A stretch of DNA of 64,000 bases from Phoronis australis (lineage: Eukaryota > Animalia > Phoronida), in assembly GCA_002633005.1 (NCBI GenBank), contig NMRA01000400.1:124001-188000 (forward strand). Reading direction: 5' to 3'. The position numbers and the translations under genes were made by a program. A model generated the notes under the pieces. The model was not told the origin of the DNA and did no database searches. It was given only the letters and a program-made list of their open reading frames with translations. Positions 1-12,922 of the stretch are shown piece after piece. Position 1 is the first letter of the stretch; each line of letters begins with the position of its first letter.

Positions 1-3000
1 AATTATGTTTTAAACAAATTCATTACGAAAAAGGTAATGTACAAAAATTGGAGTAAAGGGATTGAATGTCAGCATATAATTACGTGTCTTCTATAGAGAA
101 AATGAAGAACTTGTTTTAATTTTGGAAAAAATCAATTCGAGATCAAAAATTTGTAGTTTTGATTTTGATAAAGTCTGCTCAAAAGAAAAGGGATACCATG
201 TACCCGAGCGCAGATTTCAGTTCATTTTAGAATTTAAAATAAATCAAAATTTCATGAGTCTCAATTAGGATTTATTTTCCACCGTGAACCCAGTTAATAG
301 TTTTGCGCAGAATTCGGCAGCCGTTTTACTACAGTTTTACGCGAAATGACCTTGATAATCCGTCTCTCGGTTGCAGTCTGACTTGGGTTTGTATTCTTGA
401 TTAAGTTCTCCGTTTCAGTCTCAGTGGATGCCACTCGTCAGCCGACATGAATCTCAGGTGTTTGTAGCTGCGGGGAAGGCAACGGGACAATGCTCCTTCC
501 TTCTAGTTCATGCTCACTCGACTGAAAGCGAGTGCGTCAACATGCCACTTGGTGATTTTTTAAACACGGGTTACGCACAAAGTAAACACCGAAACGTTTC
601 ACGAAACGACCCGGGGTAGCATTTCGAAGCCTTTTGTCAAGGGTCGCTACAGGCGACGGGTAATCCTGAACCATAATCAGACGTGCCAACTTGCTATACC
701 TTTTAATAAACACGGGGTACTTGAAAATAAGAAGCACCTTTTGTCAGCGAGAGGGATTAGACTTTGACAGAAATTTGAGTTTGTATTTTCCGTTCCCGCG
801 CAAGGAGAGTGTTTGATCAAATAATTGAGAGTGTCGTTTTCGTTGTCAGCAGCCCGTTGTTCACACTGGTAGACATTACTTGACATTTTTAAAATATTTG
901 TTTGTAGTCTTATGGCGAAATATGGGTTGACATATGTGTAACGCATCCGGCCTGAAGGTAACAAAAAACTACGGGACATCGCTCTTCAAATACAAAGTTG
1001 GTGACAATGACGTTTTAAGATTTAATGAAATTACAAAAATATGCTCAACGAAAATACATCTAAAAGAGACATTTGAAGTTTCTGGAAACTAAACTTTTCT
1101 GATGTTTGATTCTTCATCGACGTCAAAATATAGCATCACCGATATTCACATTTTACTGAATTTCTCAGCTGGAAAGATTGACATTTTGATGACCGAGTCT
1201 TAGAAATAATAAGAAGGGTACACGAATCAACATGTCACTTTTATTCGATGACGAGAGTTCACGATCTAAAAAATGACAATGATTACTGTGACGACGAAAA
1301 AACATTATCGGTCAGAACAATCTTTTGTCTGAGACCGCCTCACTAAACTATCACGTCACAGTCAAGCGCTCTAGCGACTGGAATAAATCCAACTGGTACA
1401 GGACAGAATATTTCAAGCGTACATGAAACAAATAACTTGCCTTGATCTCAACAAATGTCTCGCAGACAACGACGAGAATTGTAGATTTTCAACAGCGTCA
1501 CAAAACCACAGCGATTTTAATTTTGTAGCCATGGTCAAAGCGAAAAAATTCAAAAGTCTATCCCATTCAAAAATAATTCCAAAATTACGTTTTTCGGCAG
1601 CAAAAACGATAAGGCTCCTACAACATTTCTGAACTGTATTGTGTGTAAGAATGGAGAAAATAAGTGTCTCTCGAACTTTCTAACGGGTTTCTTTATTACT
1701 CACCTTTCCAGAGGTTGTAAATATTTTTAATTTTCATATTGTTTCTACTTATCGTCATCAGTTTGCATTGAAATTTTCCCCATTCCTGTAGTAATAAGTG
1801 ATCTGTTTTCGCCCACTCCTTTCCAACTCTGGAAGCAGACGCTTGGAGCGCTCTCATTCGCAACACTCGGAACTTTTTCCGAGCATAAAGATGATCATAC
1901 ACATAGTTAATGCTGATTCAAAAGACAAGTGAGATAGATAATGCATCCAATGTAACCTCTCCTTCTATTTGACACTCGAAACAAAATAAGTTGGATATGA
2001 GGTTTTAATTTTCATATCCCAGATAGATTTTATAAATACTTCTGACTTGTAACCTTTTGAAGTAGTGCAAAGACTTTATTTGATTGACAACACATACGCC
2101 CCTCCCCCATAATATCCGCCCATGAATCGCTTAGTTGCTGCTATTTTTCGCTCTTACACATCAGCTATAGGTTATCGTCACTCTGTTGTTGTTATGTTTC
2201 AGTATTTACAAATGAGTGGACTCAGTTAGGAAAACAATTGTCTTTATCGAGAACGGGGGCGCTTCTTAATGAGTTTGCAAACATGACTACAGTGACTAAA
2301 ATCTAATCAAACCTTTGTCAAAGAAAGATGGTAGGAGAACGGTTCTCCTGTTGGATCGCTTTCGTAAGATAGCAGTTCCAAAGTACGACAGTTACTAACG
2401 CTGTCCACCATAGTCCCCAGGCTAAGAGGTGAGTCAGTGCGCAAACGGCTTGAGCGCCCAACGGCCACCGGTTGCTTTGATCCCTGAGGGTTAGTTTGAG
2501 ATGCTCATTTGAGACGAACCCATGTTCCTTTCAACAACATTTAAACGAAGAAGGCAACAGTGAATGCGATATATTGAGCTCCTTTCAAATACCACCGCAC
2601 AACTGTTGCCGTAACGTATAATTTGTGACCTATTCTATTATCAAAAATGTCTGTTACACTCGCACACTAGTCATTACAAGATATAACCAGACGATGAAAA
2701 TCTTCTGAAAATCTGCTTGAGTAGAATGAGCAGAGAATGCAACTGGAAACATGACATTTTTATCACCAACATGCTTTTCATAAATTTACAAAGCCACCAG
2801 AAACGTTCGTTTCACCATCGATAAGGAGCTAGTTGAGGAGATCATTTTCACGTCGTTATCGTTAAATTCTCTTGTTGTTATTGTCTTCAATTTTTGTTTC
2901 GCCACCTGTTGGTGTGAAGATGGAATGTGATAGATTTGTCCAACCAGAATATTTAATAGCAATCATTAGAAAACATTAAATTGTTTTCTTCTACCATTCC

Positions 3001-4127
3001 ATTTCGAAATGGTAGAAATTGAAAGGTTAAATAAAAAGGTCAAAGTTTCAGGCACAAAATTGACACACGTCACTAGTGTTTCAAATCAAAGTTACGACTG
3101 ATAAAGACTGTACTGGTTTTTTAACATAGCTCCAATAACATCTATGTTGACTTCTACTAACGGTTTGTTAAAAATCATATGTAAGATAATTTTAGTACGT
3201 ACGCTGTCTGTGTCAGATTTTTTTTCAGCAAAATGGCGCCTGCGCATTGATTTCACGGAGTACATCACTCGAGTACATGATGGCTGATGTGTATAATCCT
3301 ATTTTGCACTTGATGACCCCAGTATCAAAGTTACAAGTTCGAGTCTGAACTCAAAAACTCGGATTTTCGCTCTAGTTTGTATCTCGAATCTATTTATCGT
3401 CACTCGTTTGCGTAATCCACCATATAATCAAGCATGGGATGTCAGATAGTTATCTTGAGCTCGTATTAAAAGAAAACGGAAAATGTAGACTTTTGTGTTT
3501 TCAGCAATATTTTGTTTGGAGCTTCTGGTGAAATCAAATAACTTGAATATATATTGGATGTTTCACTCCTGTTGTGCAGGTGAAAGTGTATAAAATATTA
3601 ACTATTGACAAAGTAACCAATCAAAACGCAATCATGGCAGATTCACTATGATAATAGTCATTTGTTCATTGTCACGAAATATAAATGCGCAATATATAGC
3701 GGACAAATTGCCCTACGGCGATAGTTGTCGCCCGCAGTTAGCGACTGACGGACTAACAACGACCTCAAAAATAATAGGATCATTTTAAATTATTAAAGTA
3801 AGGAAATTCTTACCCTTTTCTCACGGCTTTTACGCGGATTCATCTTAACCGAATAAAACTGACCAATCGCGTAATTAAGTCACATACAGGATCCTAATAA
3901 AATTCACCTGTCCTGTGCACATTGGTGGTGACCATAAAATGACAAACTGGTGAGTGTGAATAGGGCTTCATAGTGCTGAATGGAAAGGGTTGCCAAGACG
4001 ACATCAAGGAAAAATGGTCGACCCTTCTTGACGCTTCGGGTCCTTGAGTCAGTTCCCTCCAGGATATAGTCATTATAATTTCTATTAGCTCCACAGTCTT
4101 TAAGGGATTGTTTCAAGCAAGGTGAGT

Positions 4128-4385
4128 AGTAAAACCGAGCTCAGAGGACTAGGAGACACCTTTGTGCAATTACTCGATTGGCAGCCAAATGAGCCAGCAT
4201 TCGAACCCTGCCTAGCACCTCGCTAAAAAGCCTGACTTTGCGAGATTACGTGAGATATTGTCGTGTATTTTAAATCAGAACACGTGACTTGGCTAGATTT
4301 TAGCTAGATCCTAGCGTAGATCCTAGAGTTACTGAACGCACGCCTGGAAACAAAAGCCCGGAGTTCAAACCACTGAGCCACACTC
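4128..4385 (-). mobile_element. Second copy of the tRNA-derived SINE, split between A and B boxes by a MITE (about 4209-4339)
   Basis: Minus strand reads GTGTGGCTCAGTGGTTTGAACTCCGG ... [insert] ... GGGTTCGAATGCTGGCT ... ATTGCACAAAGGTGTCTCCTAGTCCTCTGAGCTCGGTTTTACT. Confidence 0.75.
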
Positions 4386-5312
4386 AAACTTCAAAGCTGA
4401 AGCAGCCAAGCATTTTTCCTTGCAGCTCTGAAGTTTACTTGGGAACAAAATCACCCAAGTGGCCGACACGTCATCAGCTTGTCCGGTCAGTGAGAACAGA
4501 TGTTTAAAATGCCGGTGTACGATGTTATTTTGTAATTGTAAACACTAAATTAATCCCCATGTTCTTCAATATTGTACAACTGCCAATTTAATTTATTGTC
4601 ACCAAATTGAATGAATACTCAATTGTTATTTCTTATACAAAGTTCTGATAACAGCATAATGTCATAGAAATTGCATCTAATCATGAATATCAACAAGGGA
4701 ACGAAAGCTTCGATATTCTGTGTATCTCGAAATGATAATTTCGTAACCCAAATCTTTTGAATTGAATTTTATTTGTTTTTCTCTACCCTATGAGCATTTT
4801 CAGAGTGCTTTGATTTCACACAATATCTCGTATTTCTTTTGGAGAAAAAATATCTTTGCTTCTCGGTATTCAAAAGAGCGTTACAGCGGCTGTGAGCCCG
4901 CTTTCCGAACAAAAATGATCTTTTCACTTACTTCACCATTTATCGCTATAAAATTGATCTCAACTTGTTTCTTGCTCAAGTAGGTTATGGCTAACACAGA
5001 ACCGACAGTAATTCGCAATTGTTTGATGCCATCCGCGGTGTGGCGCACCGACACGCCGTTAAAAGTCAACCCTTAGAGCAATAACGAACTGTAACTTCTT
5101 CTGAAGCCTTGAAATCACCTCCTATTTGACGCAGAATTGCGTTGAGACCAATTTCATTAATAGTATAAAGTAGGTCTCTAGAGTGGTGAAAGGTGGATGT
5201 ATTGCACCTTAATAGGGCACGCATTTATGATTGCAACAGAGCACAGTGGCAATCGCCTACTGGTTCTGTTCCGGGCTTCTTTGTTGTTGTTGCTGTTACT
5301 ACTTTCAATAAA

Positions 5313-5544
5313 ATTATCATTATTATTATCATTACCGGCTTTAAACTATGTCTTTATAATTACCGTCGTGTTTAGCTGTATAACTTAGCAGCATCCCTTA
5401 TTGGTGTGATTTCCTTTATCATTATCATTATCATCATTATTATTATCGGTATCGTTATCATTACTGATATTCTTATTCATATTATGATTATTTTACTATC
5501 ATTATCATTTTCGTTATCGTTATCGTTACTATTATTGTTGTTGT

Positions 5545-5590
<46 letters not shown>

Positions 5591-5651
5591 CATTATAATT
5601 ATTTTAATATCTACCGCTAATACTATTATGAATATTACTATCACTATTATT

Positions 5652-5685
<34 letters not shown>

Positions 5686-5870
5686 GCATTACTAATACGT
5701 TTACTGTAATTATGATTATTATTTTGTTACTGTTACATGTATTAATATTGATATTACTAGTGTTACATATGTTGTTTTTGCTGTTATTATTATTATTATG
5801 GATATCATTGTTTTCGTTGTTGTTTTGATAATGATGATGTTGTTGTGATTGTGGTTATTGCTATAATCAT
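5313..5870. repeat. Compound (ATT/ATC/GTT)n microsatellite with (TA)n core at 5547-5586
   Basis: Directly visible. Confidence 0.95.
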
Positions 5871-6833
5871 AACTTGAAGCAAATCCAAATTGTATTACAA
5901 AATATTTTTTTCAAACTTTTGTTTTTGGATAAAAGAAAAAAATATCAGCTTTGAAGTTACAATTAGTATTTACCATGAGGAACTTGGAATCCATATTTTG
6001 GAGATATACATGCAATACACGTTTCAGCATTTTTCTTTGTAGACACAACGACTTTTACAAAAAAAAATAATTAGTTGGTTTCAGTCTTGTTCAGTTGTTC
6101 CCTCACATCTTTGTTCTTCGTGTTTTAAGACAGCTAAGGCAGATTAATGATCTCCATAAAAATTATGAATAATCCTGAAAAGAGCCTAACAAAACGAAAA
6201 GCACCAGACTACACTTGGAGTTGTAATGACACTTAAAGGCACACATCCGCAAAATCAGACTTTATCATGACTTCTAAACAGCATTCATCTCTTGTTCGCC
6301 GGAGAATATACATTTACTTTATATATCCTCTTTATTTCACGATTACTTAAGATTTTTGCATTAGACGTCTCTCTATTACTTTATCACATAGTTGGATGCT
6401 GTGTTAACTATCTGATACAAGAATTAAATAGTATTTAACGCAGTACCGTGCTTGTTTAGCCTTTTCGTTTGGGACACTCGGTACACATTGCCCAAAGCAC
6501 CGATGCTCTAACCGATATCTTGTCTATTCAACTCAAAACACTCTCAAGACGATTTGTAGAACATCGCGTTCAAAGTGATTTCTGAAGTAAGTTGTACAGC
6601 TTAACGAGATCAAACTATTGTGAATACCAGTATCAACAACAGGAGTCTTATTCTGTTCATCGTGTAGTTTATATATTTTCCCACGCAACCATTTAAAAGA
6701 AACGAATGGGCTTTAGAGAGATCTTTGCTTAATTATTCTCGAGCGAATCAACATTCCGAACATTAAGAGTTACATGTATTTTCTGATTCTGTGCCCTCTG
6801 ATATACTTTTGTATCGAGGATGTAATTGAGTAC

Positions 6834-7017
6834 GTAGTAGTAGCAGTAGCAGTAGCATTAGTAGTAGTAGCAGTATTAGTTGTAGTATTAGTAGTAATAG
6901 TAGTAATATTAGTAGTAGTGGTAGTGGTAGTGGTAGTGGTAGTGGTAGCAATAATAACAGTAGCTGTAGTAATTATGGTAGCAATAGTAGCAGTAGCTGT
7001 TGCTGTTGTTATCATTA
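6834..7017. repeat. (GTA/GCA/GTG)n microsatellite
   Basis: Directly visible. Confidence 0.95.
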
Positions 7018-8687
7018 TGTCGCAAGGTTATAGTGTTATTATAGTGCGTTCGCTTGCAACAGTGTTGCTAATACGAATATTACCGAGTTGAAGACAAAGT
7101 CATGAAATGCAAAAAATCTATTCTATTATTAAAAACACCAAACCCTCCGGACAACGCCCTTCTTCAGCATTTTCACAGAAAACTAAAGAACTCGGGCAAA
7201 ATTGCAGTTACATTTCAACACCCGAAAATTTAAGAATGAAAATTGTAAGTTTCCAAATGGAAATTCTGCTTAAATACACGGAAATCTCTCAAAGGCGTTG
7301 GTCTCACTTACTTCTTTCGTCCGAACAAGATCGAATCTGAAAAAGCTACAAAATTACATAAAAATACTATTTCTAGAACTTTAGTAGTACAGGTACTATT
7401 TTAAAGTCGCTTTTGTCAACCATTTCACGGATCGCATTTAAAGGCAAACCAAATTAATCGTTTATAAAATTTTAAGTCAAGATTTGAATTGATGATGTTG
7501 TGTCACATCATGTAGTAATAGGCAGCGAAGATTTTAGAAATCTACTTTCTCCTTCTCATGATCTTGTAACTTAAATAGCAGGAGAACTCAAATCCATACG
7601 TGCACACGACCATCCGGAACATCTCGGGTATTTCCGTAGTCTCAACTTTCCTCTCAGCGAAATTCACTCCTACGTCCAATCATTCTCCGGTTTGAAAATC
7701 ACGTGTCTTGCAGCCTGACTGATTACCACACCTTCGAGGATATATTTGAAGCTATAAAAGCACCCAGGGGGTTTCGGATGGCACTGGGCTGTAATTTAAG
7801 ACGTACTTTTGTGTTACGGTATTAATAGTGAAACGCATTCGTCATTCTTTATTGGATGAAAACTAAGAAACGGATAACTTTTAATATTCCAGACTCCACT
7901 AAAGACTCTGTGCTGTGCATTATTTTGCTAAAACTGACGAACACTAACTTTGACGTCGCATTGATTACAAATCTTCGAAACGGAAAGATAAATGTTTCGT
8001 TCATATGTTGTTTCTGAAGCGTTCGCCCAACGAGGACTATCTGCGTCATTTGACACATTCTGAAACCAAAACGAGGCTTATTGAGTAGAAAGCACATTAG
8101 TGTGTCACTTAGTTTTGAAAAAAAGTAAGAAATACCAATTAAATAAATGAGAATCCTCGATTCGCTTTTTGATTTTCTCTCGGTATTGTCCAGTGAGAAA
8201 AAAATCCACAGAATTCCATTGTAAATACTGTGCGTCATTGTTTGTGAAATGATTGAATATTCTCTTCTTGGGCCTCTAGAAATTGGAATTGGCCACAAAA
8301 TTTTGCAATGTGTTTCCACTACACCCTAGTGTTTGGAAGGGCAAGGCGAAGACTGTGTCCCCGTTATTGAGAACACGAAATTTGTGAGTAGCTTGAATTC
8401 ATTGTTTAACACCAATAAGTCATCAAACTTTGATGTAAAACCCTTAACAATACACCGAGTTCTTATAAAAAGTGTTGTTTTATTTCGCTGTTACGGATTT
8501 ATTGGTATTTGGACACACCGTATCCTACAAAGTTCGGCAGGCCAAATTACCAAGGTCCATAGCAGGAGTTTCGGGTCTGTTCGGAGATAAATTCGAAGTA
8601 TTATTCCGTGAAATACAGACAGGAGAATCTATATTAGTGTTTATACTTGTGATTTTTAGAGCTTTAAACACAAAAAACACTTGTTAT

Positions 8688-8799
8688 CCCAGCCAGTGGC
8701 TCGGAACCCGATCAGGCCCGTCGCGGCCGGACTGACTCGTTAACCCGGCCAGTGGCTAGGAACCCGATGAGGCCCGTCGCGGCCGCCGGGACTGGCACG
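8688..8799. repeat. GC-rich 56-bp tandem duplication
   Basis: GCCAGTGGCT(C/A)GGAACCCGAT(C/G)AGGCCCGTCGCGGCCG at 8692 and 8748. Confidence 0.85.
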
Positions 8800-9339
8800 A
8801 ACATATACCAGCTTGAGTTGGAAACTAAACCTCCAGTCATTACAAGACTATAATAGTGAGCCAAAGAAATAATGTGCACGTAATTATTTATGTGAATTAG
8901 CTACGAAACTGAAAATCTACTTACTTGTCGGGGGGCCGCGAAGTCGGGTTCCCCTTCCACAGACCGTCAGGGCAAAGGTTGTACAGTAACAATGATTTGT
9001 GTAATGCATTTGTATTTCTAAATAAAGATTCCCATAACATGTGACCATAGCACATAAAATCGAGTAATTGTTTCACAACAGCTTTCTGTCAGCAAACACT
9101 GAATTAGCAGGCGCTCACACGGCCTCGGTTGCCTGGTCCAGTACCTTTATTGCCGGCATCAAAAGCCGGTAGCGCAGTGGTTTATTCATTCCTAGCTTCT
9201 CAACATTTGCACTCACGAATACTGCAAAGGCATTACAAATTGTATCTAATGAGACAGATTTTGTTTCTGTTTTATATAAGCATTGGTTAGGATGAGAATA
9301 ATTCATTTTGAAACAGAACGCAGAATAATAAACGTCTTC

Positions 9340-9770
9340 ATGGCAACTCCGGCGCCCGGCGTCAACACCGACTTAGTCAAGAGCTCATTCGACGAAGACT
9401 TCACTGGTCCGATCGTTAGGTTTCACAGGCTATCAGTTCGAACCGGAATACACTGATCAAGAAATACTAGAGAGGCGCCGTGAACATGCACAGGCAACAG
9501 AACGTATGGATAGTTCTTTGGTAAACTGGAATTCGTCAGAGAAGTCACTGTCGACGAAATGCCGGCCACAGACACGGAGATGTTTCATGGCCTCGTAAAT
9601 TGCTTTTAACAGCGTACCTTTCATTCTTCACTATCGCGAGCCACTTCCTAAGCATTTCGGACTCTCTAGAAAGTCAAAAAAACGATATACAGGCTCTCTC
9701 CGCGGCTTCATAGTTCGGACAAGCAGGAACAATGCACCGCAGTATAGCGGCATTCACTCTGCAGACGAAC
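9340..9770 (+). pseudogene. Decayed P2X7-C-terminal-like (KolX/nanor-type) ORF, probably from a Kolobok-type DNA transposon
   Basis: MATPAPGVNTDLVKSSFDEDF... (frameshift) GYQFEPEYTDQEILERRREHAQATERMDSS... EMPATDTE ... KKRYTGSLRGFI ... QYSGIHSAD follows the YQFEPEY / MPT.EC / RY.AYRQF / QYTGF motif order. The Cys clusters are mostly lost. Confidence 0.55.
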
Positions 9771-9983
9771 CACTGACGTCGCTGCGTCGTTTTTCATCTT
9801 CCTCACAGGTTAACGCGACACCTCTCGGCAAGGTGAGGTCGACCGTATAACAGGCGATGTGGATATAGACCGGTTAAGACGGTAAAAAACCCTAATTAAA
9901 TCGGGTGAGATTCTCCTTTAACAATAATCTTATTCATCGTGGTTAATACAATAATCAAGGGATTGTTATTAAGTATATTGTTT

Positions 9984-10673
9984 TGACACAAAATGCACCG
10001 GAATGACCCGAAACAGGTCAAGGAGTGCATTCCGTCAAAATGCTTCTTCTTCTACAGGTTTTCAGTAGGCACTAAAGAAGTGCATCAGAAATTAACTTGG
10101 ATTTCTGATCGGATAAAGGGAACTGAGTTTCCGGGTCAAAGGTCATTAAGTGCAAAAGTGATTTTTGAGCTAGACCTTTCGTAATCACGCAAATTATTTC
10201 CATTCACAAACGAAGTTCAGTCACAAACTTTGGAGTCATCAGGTGCATATTTGGGGTCATTAAGTGCTTTTATCTCTTAAATTTCAGACTTTTTCAAACA
10301 GCTCGTCCCTAGATGTTGTATCACGGAGAGCGTTCATATTCATGGCGGATCAACCAATTCCCTATCAATCACTATTGATAATACGTGTATGACCCAAAAT
10401 GCACTGATGCACTACATTTCTTTGAAGTGCTTCTCTTTCTGCGATTTTTGAGATTGCCTCTTCAAATTTCGTGGTGAACAGGTTGTGCCATATAAGAGCA
10501 CCCACAACTTACATGGAATTTCGATCTGATCAACTGAACCGAATTTCTGAGTGAAAGGTCATTAAGTGCAAAAGGGATTTTTGAGCTAAAACTTATATAG
10601 TCACGTATGTCATTTTCATTCGTAAAAGAAATTCAGTCACACTTTGGGGTCATTGGGTGCATCAGTGGGGTCA
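9984..10673. mobile_element. Two diverged tandem copies (9984-10259, 10390-10673) of an element with TGACCC...ATGCAC / GTGCAT...GGGGTCA inverted ends
   Basis: Shared AGGTCATTAAGTGCAAAAG.GATTTTTGAGCTA at 10140 and 10556, and similar 3' ends. Confidence 0.65.
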
Positions 10674-12137
10674 TTAAATGCAGTTTTCTGTTGATATTCT
10701 AACTTTTCACTCTTGTTTTATGTTTATAATTACTAATGAATCATATTTCCTGTCCACAAAAGCTTTTCCCGCTCCATCGCTTAGTTTGACACGCAGCCTG
10801 AATATATCGATAATCATTCTTTATTCAAGTGGAGTCCATATTATTAAATATTCACTGTTTACTCAGCTCTTTTGAGTTGCACGCCCTTTGAAACAGTCGT
10901 TTATCAGGATGTGGACATTTATATTTTATGTAACAACTATTTAGCGACTTTTTAAAAAATGGCACTGACCTCTTTTACATAAACCATGTAAACGCCAATG
11001 GTCAAATACATTTCCTGAAAATGTGCAGTTAACCGAGTAAAAAATCGAGAAAGTAACGTTTTGTCCCGTATGGAGTGAGGTGTTCCCTGAAATGGACATT
11101 ATCGATTTTACGACTGCAAATCACCCATTTTGAAAATAATATTTTATAGGATGACTTCTTTAACATATTAGCTTTGACCAAACCTTTAAAGTCAACAAAA
11201 TCTGTTCTACTTTTGTGATTTTTATTACAAATCGTCAATTATCGTCACTGTCCGTCACACATTCGGTGAAATCCAAGCGAACTACTTTGCCAGTTAAGAC
11301 ATTTAAAATATTCTGGCATTGATGGAGTGGAATTTAAATCCGCCTGTGGAACTTTTAACTGCAACTAAGGGGGCTGGGGATGCGCCCACAAAAATGACAT
11401 GTTGAATTGAAAAAATATTGCATTCTTACAGACCTAGTAGGCTAGAAATGTCTTTTATTGAGAGGTGGAGCCGTTCAGCATAATTAACTCATGTCTCGCA
11501 ATTTGCAACAAAGAAATATAATCTATGATTCTTCGCCCAAGGTCACTGTTTATATTATTTTGTGTTGGTAGCGACAATCAAAACCACACTTAGTTGTTTT
11601 ACCTGCAACGCGTTAACATGCTTCCTCCTGAGGGGAATGCGACTCAACCTTTTTTGTTCTTGCTCTAAACGCTAATTTGATCAATTATTGACGAGTCTTC
11701 GGCGTTAGCATTTTAATATGGACGCCCAAATAACATAAATTATTCTCCAGAGACTAGAGAGCTCACCTTTAATGAGTCAACTGAAAGTTTTCATCTCATA
11801 AACAATTCAAATGTGCCATATCCGTGTCAGGGTGAACGCTAATAATGTCTATTTGTTTGTTCTTTCTCCTGCTAATATTTTTACAAATTAAGCAGTCCGT
11901 TGAGTACTCTCGCGGGACTTATTTAACATGTCGACATCTTTCATTAATTCTAAACTACCATTGCCCAAAACCATAGAAATATTGCAAGACATTCTGCATT
12001 GGCGTAGACGAGTATTATCGCACAAACATGGATTAATCATTGGTTATTGTTTCCATGTTATTAGAAAAATTGTAGATATCGTCGTCACCAAGATCGTTGT
12101 CGTACCCTGTATTCTTATCGTCACCAAGCCCTGGTCG

Positions 12138-12594
12138 TCATTATCGTCATCACTATTACTGTTGTCGTGGTCACTGCAGTTGTTATTATTACTATCACTT
12201 CTAATCCTACGACTACTTCGGAAACTTTACCAACAACATCCACTACTATAACTATAACTATTACTATTACTATTACTACTACTACAACGACGGTGAATAC
12301 TAAACTACAGCAGTACAACCAGTACTATGATGCTGCTACTACAACTTTTAATATTACATCAACAACAACTTCAATTTATACTACAATTGCATGTACTACT
12401 GCTACCACTAGTACATAGTAGTACTACCACTACTATTACTACTACTACTATTACTACTACTACCACTACCACTACTATTTGTACTACTTCTACTACTACT
12501 AATACCACTACTGCTACTACTACTCCTATTGCTACTACTACTACCACTACTACTACTACTACCACTAATACTACTACTACCACTACCACTACCA

Positions 12595-12643
<49 letters not shown>

Positions 12644-12922
12644 TACTACTACTACTACCACTACCACTACTAATACTACTACTATTACTTCTACTACTAC
12701 TAATACTACGATTACCACTTCTACTATCCCTACTACTACTACTACAAGTACTACTATTACTAGTGTAACCATTACTATAATAACCGTTTCTACTGCTGCT
12801 GCTGCTTCTGCTTCTGCTGCTGCTTCTGCTTCTGCTGCTGCTGCTGCTACTACTACTTCGACAACATCTACTATCTGTGTTATTTCTACAACTTCTACAT
12901 TAATTACTACCATTATCATTAT
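12138..12922. repeat. Long (ACT/ACC/ATT/GCT)n compound microsatellite
   Basis: Directly visible; source of the poly-T/V/L ORFs in the track. Confidence 0.95.

Noticed and set aside
5406-7091. Hydrophobic poly-Ile/Val ORFs resembling membrane proteins
   Set aside because: Translations of ATT and GTA microsatellites.
9310-9420. Penelope-like endonuclease tail plus hammerhead (GACGAAGAC...GGTCCGATCGTTAGG)
   Set aside because: The catalytic core is incomplete, and the same bases are better explained as the N-terminus of the P2X7-like ORF.
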